This document shows positions 59,123 to 64,000 of a stretch of 64,000 nucleotides of DNA, in pieces (position 1 is the stretch's first letter; each line of letters opens with the position of its first letter). The stretch lies in assembly GCA_963765495.1 (NCBI GenBank), contig CAVXWP010000015.1, forward strand, positions 96,001-160,000, given 5' to 3'. The notes beneath the pieces are model-generated. The model saw nothing but the letters and a program-made list of their open reading frames with translations. It had not been told where the DNA came from and did not search any database. Origin of the DNA: Blastocatellia bacterium (lineage in GTDB: Bacteria > Acidobacteriota > Blastocatellia > UBA7656). The position numbers and the translations under genes are program-made.

Positions 59123-61264
59123 ATGAAGAGATGTAAACTTGCGATCATCGCAGGCGTGCTCGCATTGCTTTCGACCGGCTCGCCAAAACTCTTTGGCGAC
59201 ACGCCCGGGAAAGAGTACCGCCAGTGGAATATGTATGGCGGCGGCCCGGAAAATATACATTATTCCTCGCTGGATCAGATCAATCGCGAAAACGTGCGCG
59301 ACCTCTCGGTTGCATGGACCTATGATACCGGCGATGCCTTTCCCGACTCCGAGATGCAGTGCAACCCGATAATCAGCGACGGGATTCTTTTTGCGACCAC
59401 GCCCCGGCTTCGAGTGATCGCGCTCGACGCGGCAACCGGCCAACTCAAGTGGAGCTTCGACCCGAACGAAGGAGAGCAACATCCCGGCAAGATCAGAAAT
59501 CGCGGTCTCACATACTGGCAAAACGGTCGTGACAAGAGAATCTATTTCGCCTTTCGACATCTGCTCTATGCGCTCGATGCCGAAACCGGGCGACCCGTGC
59601 CGGGTTTTGGCCGGACGGGACACGTGGACCTGAGAGAAGGTCTTGGCCGCGACCCGAGCAGGATTTATATAACCGCCTCTACGCCCGGGGTAGTTTATAA
59701 AGACACGCTCATCATCGGAAGCCTTGTGAGCGAATCACTGCCGTCAGCGCCGGGTCACATCCGCGCTTATGATTTGCGCACCGGAAGACTGCGATGGGTC
59801 TTTCGCACGATCCCCGAACCGGGCGAGTTTGGATACAATACCTGGCCCCGCGATGCGTGGAAATACATAGGCGGAGCCAACAACTGGAGCGGCATGACGG
59901 TTGACCAGAAGCGCGGGCTGGTCTTTGTTCCTACGGGGTCGGCGGCGTTCGATTTTTACGGCGCGAACCGCCACGGCAATAATCTTTTCGCAAATTCTCT
60001 GATCTGTCTGAATGCCGCGACCGGCAAACGGATGTGGCATTTTCAGTTTGTCAGACACGATGTATGGGATCGCGACCTGCCCACCGCGCCCTGTCTTGTG
60101 ACGGTCAGGCGCGGGCGTCGCGTAATCGAAGCCGTGGCGCAGATCACGAAATCGGGTCACGTCTTCGTCTTTGAGCGCGCGACCGGCAAGCCCGTCTTCC
60201 CGATTGAATACCGCAAAGTGTCGGTTGCCGGAGTGGACGGTGAAAAGCTGGCAACGACACAGCCTTTTCCGGTACTTCCGCCGCCCTTTGCAAGACAGGC
60301 GCTCACCGAAGATATGCTGACCCGGCGCACGCCCGAGGCGCACAGGGCGGTAGAGGAGCGATTTCGCAAGCTGCGCAGTCGCGGGCAGTTTGAGCCGCCG
60401 AGCCTTGAGGGGACCATAATCTTTCCGGGGTTTGACGGCGGCGGAGAGTGGGGAGGCGCGGCCTTCGATCCAACGACCGGGTTGCTTTATGTGAACTCAA
60501 ACGAGATGGCGTGGATTCTCAGGCTTGTCCAACGACCTGCGGAGAAAAAAACAGTGGGCGGACGGGGCCTCTATCAGGCTAATTGCGCCGGTTGTCACCG
60601 AAGCGATTTTGAAGGCAGCCCGCCAAACTTTCCTTCGCTCGTAAACATCGGCGAAAAATATAACGCCTCACAGATAAGATCGGTGATTCACGACGGCGCG
60701 GGAAGAATGCCCGGTTTTTCTTCCCTCGGCGATGAGGCGATCTCTGCAATCGCAGAGTACATAACCACGGGGCGGGATACCGCTCCGGTAGCCGACCGTG
60801 CGGAGCCGCAAGGCATCTATCAAAAGTATATGCACGACGGATACAATAAATTCCTCGACCCCGACGGTTTCCCGGCCGTAAAACCGCCCTGGGGAACCTT
60901 GAGCGCGATTGATCTGAGCAGGGGAAAGATCATCTGGCAAAAACCGCTGGGTGAATATCCAAAGCTGGCAGAGGCAGGCGTGCGCGACACGGGAAGCGAA
61001 AACTACGGCGGGGCGGTTGTTACCTCTGGCGGGCTGATTTTTATCGCCGCGACAAGCTATGATAAAAAGTTCCGTGCATTCGATAAGGCGAGCGGAGAAC
61101 TGCTCTGGGAAGCGGTGCTCCCCACGTCGGGAAACGCTACGCCTGCGACCTATGAAGTCGACGGGCGGCAGTATATCGTAATCGGGGCAGGCGGCGGCAA
61201 AGGCGCACCTTCGGGCGGCACCTACGTAGCCTTTGCGCTGCCAAAGGACAGGGATGGGAAATGA
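59123..61264 (+). CDS. PQQ-dependent dehydrogenase (glucose/quinate DH family) with an inserted cytochrome c domain
   Basis: [42 protein letters not shown] heme motif, PPWG and ENYGG motifs. Confidence 0.9.
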   Translation: MKRCKLAIIAGVLALLSTGSPKLFGDTPGKEYRQWNMYGGGPENIHYSSLDQINRENVRDLSVAWTYDTGDAFPDSEMQCNPIISDGILFATTPRLRVIALDAATGQLKWSFDPNEGEQHPGKIRNRGLTYWQNGRDKRIYFAFRHLLYALDAETGRPVPGFGRTGHVDLREGLGRDPSRIYITASTPGVVYKDTLIIGSLVSESLPSAPGHIRAYDLRTGRLRWVFRTIPEPGEFGYNTWPRDAWKYIGGANNWSGMTVDQKRGLVFVPTGSAAFDFYGANRHGNNLFANSLICLNAATGKRMWHFQFVRHDVWDRDLPTAPCLVTVRRGRRVIEAVAQITKSGHVFVFERATGKPVFPIEYRKVSVAGVDGEKLATTQPFPVLPPPFARQALTEDMLTRRTPEAHRAVEERFRKLRSRGQFEPPSLEGTIIFPGFDGGGEWGGAAFDPTTGLLYVNSNEMAWILRLVQRPAEKKTVGGRGLYQANCAGCHRSDFEGSPPNFPSLVNIGEKYNASQIRSVIHDGAGRMPGFSSLGDEAISAIAEYITTGRDTAPVADRAEPQGIYQKYMHDGYNKFLDPDGFPAVKPPWGTLSAIDLSRGKIIWQKPLGEYPKLAEAGVRDTGSENYGGAVVTSGGLIFIAATSYDKKFRAFDKASGELLWEAVLPTSGNATPATYEVDGRQYIVIGAGGGKGAPSGGTYVAFALPKDRDGK

Positions 61265-61298
61265 TGGAGATTTGAGATTTGAAAACAGAGAGGTTCTT

Positions 61299-61829
61299 AT
61301 GACAACATCTAAAACACAACTGACTCGACCGGACGAGACCGAATACGCGCCGTATTATGGAAAATATATCTCGCTTGTGCCGGATGGAGACATCCTCAAT
61401 ACGCTCAGAGAGCAACTCGAAGAGACTCTCGGCGTACTCGGGAGCATCCCCGAATCGCAGGCAGATTACCGGTACGCTTCGGATAAGTGGAGCATCAAGG
61501 AAGTCATCGGCCACCTGGCCGACAGCGAGCGGATATTTGCTTACAGGGCGCTGAGGATCGCCCGAAACGACAAGACGCCGCTGCCCGGATTTGAGCAAAA
61601 CGATTATGTGGAGAATGCCGATCTCGCTCACCGACAGCTTGCGGACCTGGCCGAGGAATTCAAAGATATAAGACAAGCCAGCCTGCATCTGTTTCGCTCG
61701 CTCAGTGAAGAAGCGTGGGCGAGACGAGGCACGGCGAGCGAAGTCGAGGTCAGCGTGCGTGCGCTGGCTTACATAATCGCCGGGCACGAGCTACATCATT
61801 TGCAGGTGCTCAGGAGTCGCTATCTGTAA
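61299..61829 (+). CDS. DinB-family protein
   Basis: YA..KWSIKEVIGHL.D.ERIFAYRALR, LPGFEQ and AGHELHH motifs; GAGG RBS. Confidence 0.9.
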   Translation: MTTSKTQLTRPDETEYAPYYGKYISLVPDGDILNTLREQLEETLGVLGSIPESQADYRYASDKWSIKEVIGHLADSERIFAYRALRIARNDKTPLPGFEQNDYVENADLAHRQLADLAEEFKDIRQASLHLFRSLSEEAWARRGTASEVEVSVRALAYIIAGHELHHLQVLRSRYL

Positions 61830-61837
61830 AAATAAAC

Positions 61838-61881
61838 AGACAGGATTAACAGGATTCACTCTGATCCTGTTAATCCTGTCT
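61838..61881. repeat. ACAGGATTA-family perfect 18-bp inverted repeat
   Basis: AGACAGGATTAACAGGAT-TCACTCTG-ATCCTGTTAATCCTGTCT. Confidence 0.9.
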
Positions 61882-61899
61882 AAAAATTTGGAGAAGACG

Positions 61900-62838
61900 A
61901 TGAGAAAGATTCTTGCTGTCATTTTAACGGCGCTACTGATTTCGGCTGCGGCTTTTGGGCAGCCGGCAGAGAAAACGCTGGCTGAACGGCTCGGATACCC
62001 GAAGGATGCGAAACTGCTCATAATGCACGCGGACGATCTGGGCGTGGCTCACTCTGTCGATGCCGCCTCGACAAAGGCGCTTGAGGCCGGAGCCATCTCG
62101 TCGGCCTCTATTATGGTTCCCTGTCCCTGGTTTCCAGAGATCGCCGCTTATGCGCGCAATCACCCTCAGGCCGATTTAGGGTTGCATCTGACGCTGACAA
62201 GCGAATGGCAGCTTTATCGCTGGGGGCCTGTGCTCTCAAAAGACCGGGTCGCTACGCTTTTGGACCCGACCGGCTACCTTTACCCTACGGAGATGGAAGC
62301 CTCCGCGCACGCATCTGCTCAGGAGGTCGAAGCGGAGATAAGGGCGCAGATCGAGCGGGCGCGAGCGTTCGGAATAAACCCCTCGCATCTTGATTCTCAC
62401 ATGGGCACGCTTTATCGGAGTCGACCGCTTTTTGAGGCGCTGCTGAAAGTGGCGCGGGGATACAAACTCCCGGTGATGATTTCAAAAGAATGGTTTGCCC
62501 AGGCCGATTTTCTGCCCGCAATTCTCAGCCCGGACACAATCGTCATAGACAGGGTCATCACCATCGGCCCCGACATAAAGCCCGAAAAATGGGCCGATTT
62601 TTACACCGGGGTCATCAAGAGCCTTCAACCCGGCGTCACCGAAATCATTGTGCATCTTGCCTATGACGATGAAGAGATGCGGGGCATAACCTATGAGCAT
62701 CCCGACTGGGGAGCGGGATGGCGGCAGCGGGATTTCGATTTCCTTATGAGCGAGCAGTATCGCCACCTGCTCGAAGAGAACAACGTCAAGCTCATAACGT
62801 GGCGGGAAATTGGCAAACTGCTGGACTCTCAGAATTGA
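61900..62838 (+). CDS. ChbG/HpnK (YdjC) family carbohydrate deacetylase, exported
   Basis: Signal peptide; HADDLG, GLHLTLTSEW, HLDSHM and LITW motifs. Confidence 0.88.
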   Translation: MRKILAVILTALLISAAAFGQPAEKTLAERLGYPKDAKLLIMHADDLGVAHSVDAASTKALEAGAISSASIMVPCPWFPEIAAYARNHPQADLGLHLTLTSEWQLYRWGPVLSKDRVATLLDPTGYLYPTEMEASAHASAQEVEAEIRAQIERARAFGINPSHLDSHMGTLYRSRPLFEALLKVARGYKLPVMISKEWFAQADFLPAILSPDTIVIDRVITIGPDIKPEKWADFYTGVIKSLQPGVTEIIVHLAYDDEEMRGITYEHPDWGAGWRQRDFDFLMSEQYRHLLEENNVKLITWREIGKLLDSQN

Positions 62839-62878
62839 TCGAGGTTTCTCTATCGTTTATTGCAGGGGGATCACATCT

Positions 62879-63718
62879 ATGGAGCGACTCAAGGTAGATC
62901 ACCTCACGATAGCGGGTTCGGAACTCCCTCAGCTTGAAAGGGTCTTTGCCGATTTGAATCTGAGGGTCGTCTATGGAGGCGCGCACTCAAACGGCATTAC
63001 TCACATGTCAATAATCGGGTTCGAAGACGGATCATATTTAGAATTGATTTCCACGCTTGAGAGAGGGCAGCAATCGCCTTTGTGGGGCGACTACATTTCA
63101 AACGGCGCGGGTCTATGCGCCTGGGCCGTGGATGTCGATGACGTGGCTCGCGAATCTGCCCGGCTATCCGGGATGGGAATAGTTGTGAATGGACCGCGTT
63201 ATATGAACAGGCGGCGACCGGACGGAAACCTCGCGGAATGGGACCTTGCCTATATTGGAGACGGCGAACCGGGCGCGAAACTGCCTTTCATCATAAAAGA
63301 CAGGACGGACCGCCAAATACGGATCAGCCCTACGGTGAGCGCGGATGAATCTGAACTGCTGGGAGCCGAGAAAATTATCCTCGGAACATCGGACATGGAT
63401 TCTTCAATAGAGTTGTTCAGGCGCGTCTATACTCTGCCCGCTCCATCGTTGATTGACGATGCCGATTTTGGAGGAAGACTCGCAAACTTCGCGGGGACGC
63501 CCGTGGTACTGGCTTCGCCTTTGGGAGAACGGGGCTGGCTGGCGGAAAGGCTAAAAAGATTTGGCGACCTGCCCTGCGGCTTTCTTATAAAGAGCAGAGA
63601 TTTCGAGAAGGCGAAAGAAAGATTTGGATTCGATAAAGAATCGGCATTCTTTGAAGGCAATGTCTGCTGGTTCGACGAGCCCATTCTCAACGAAACAAGA
63701 ATGGGTTTCGTCTCATAA
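62879..63718 (+). CDS. VOC/glyoxalase-like (Glyoxalase_3) protein
   Basis: VDHL.I, GG.H..G.TH...I.FEDGSYLELI, R.RPDG...W and LPFII motifs. Confidence 0.85.
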   Translation: MERLKVDHLTIAGSELPQLERVFADLNLRVVYGGAHSNGITHMSIIGFEDGSYLELISTLERGQQSPLWGDYISNGAGLCAWAVDVDDVARESARLSGMGIVVNGPRYMNRRRPDGNLAEWDLAYIGDGEPGAKLPFIIKDRTDRQIRISPTVSADESELLGAEKIILGTSDMDSSIELFRRVYTLPAPSLIDDADFGGRLANFAGTPVVLASPLGERGWLAERLKRFGDLPCGFLIKSRDFEKAKERFGFDKESAFFEGNVCWFDEPILNETRMGFVS

Positions 63719-63772
63719 GAAGCGGGCCGAAGATTCTCACATGCGCGATTAAAACTTGGGGGGATTCACTTC

Positions 63773-64000
63773 ATGAAAATACTAAATCTCGTATCCGCTG
63801 GTATGTCTCTGGCGCTGTTATTAAGCCTTGCGGCTTTCCCGCTAGCCACTATCTTTGCGCAGACGATTGATTACCGCGCGAAGGCGAAAGAACTCGTGGG
63901 GAAAATGACGCTCGAAGAAAAGGCTTCTCTCGCGTCGGGGAAAGATTTCTGGACAACGAAGCCGGTTGAGCGGTTGGGCATCCCATCCATCTTTATGACC
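63773..64000 (+). CDS. 5' part of a GH3 beta-glucosidase (runs off window)
   Basis: Signal peptide followed by [33 protein letters not shown], the typical GH3 N-terminus. Confidence 0.85.
   Translation, partial: MKILNLVSAGMSLALLLSLAAFPLATIFAQTIDYRAKAKELVGKMTLEEKASLASGKDFWTTKPVERLGIPSIFMT

Overview
Chromosomal window of a moderately GC-rich diderm bacterium. Gene content and intergenic repeat style suggest Acidobacteriota, possibly Blastocatellia; this is inference. About 56 CDS are present: der; an hrcA-grpE-dnaK-dnaJ operon; lptD; a Cu/Ag RND efflux operon whose MFP carries a fused cupredoxin; an accessory island with a propeller/Y_Y_Y histidine kinase, a NarL-type regulator and secreted proteins; a MacAB-like operon lacking an ATPase; ubiX/mqnP followed by asnB and glycosyltransferase genes; an atuA cluster; accA; icd; a sigma54 activator; a PQQ/cytochrome c dehydrogenase; and a truncated GH3 gene. 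I saw no rRNA, tRNA, CRISPR array, transposase or reverse transcriptase. Three non-obvious features stand out. (1) About 20 intergenic elements are built from short tandem repeats (7-, 9-, 10- and 13-mers), mostly as inverted arms and very often overlapping or abutting stop and start codons; one family also shares a conserved ~45-bp core. (2) An 18-bp palindromic box lies exactly 22 nt upstream of a -10-like hexamer, both before the response regulator and before its neighbouring operon. (3) A second, fragmented copy of a secreted-protein gene survives as two mini-ORFs, each ATGA-coupled to the next gene.
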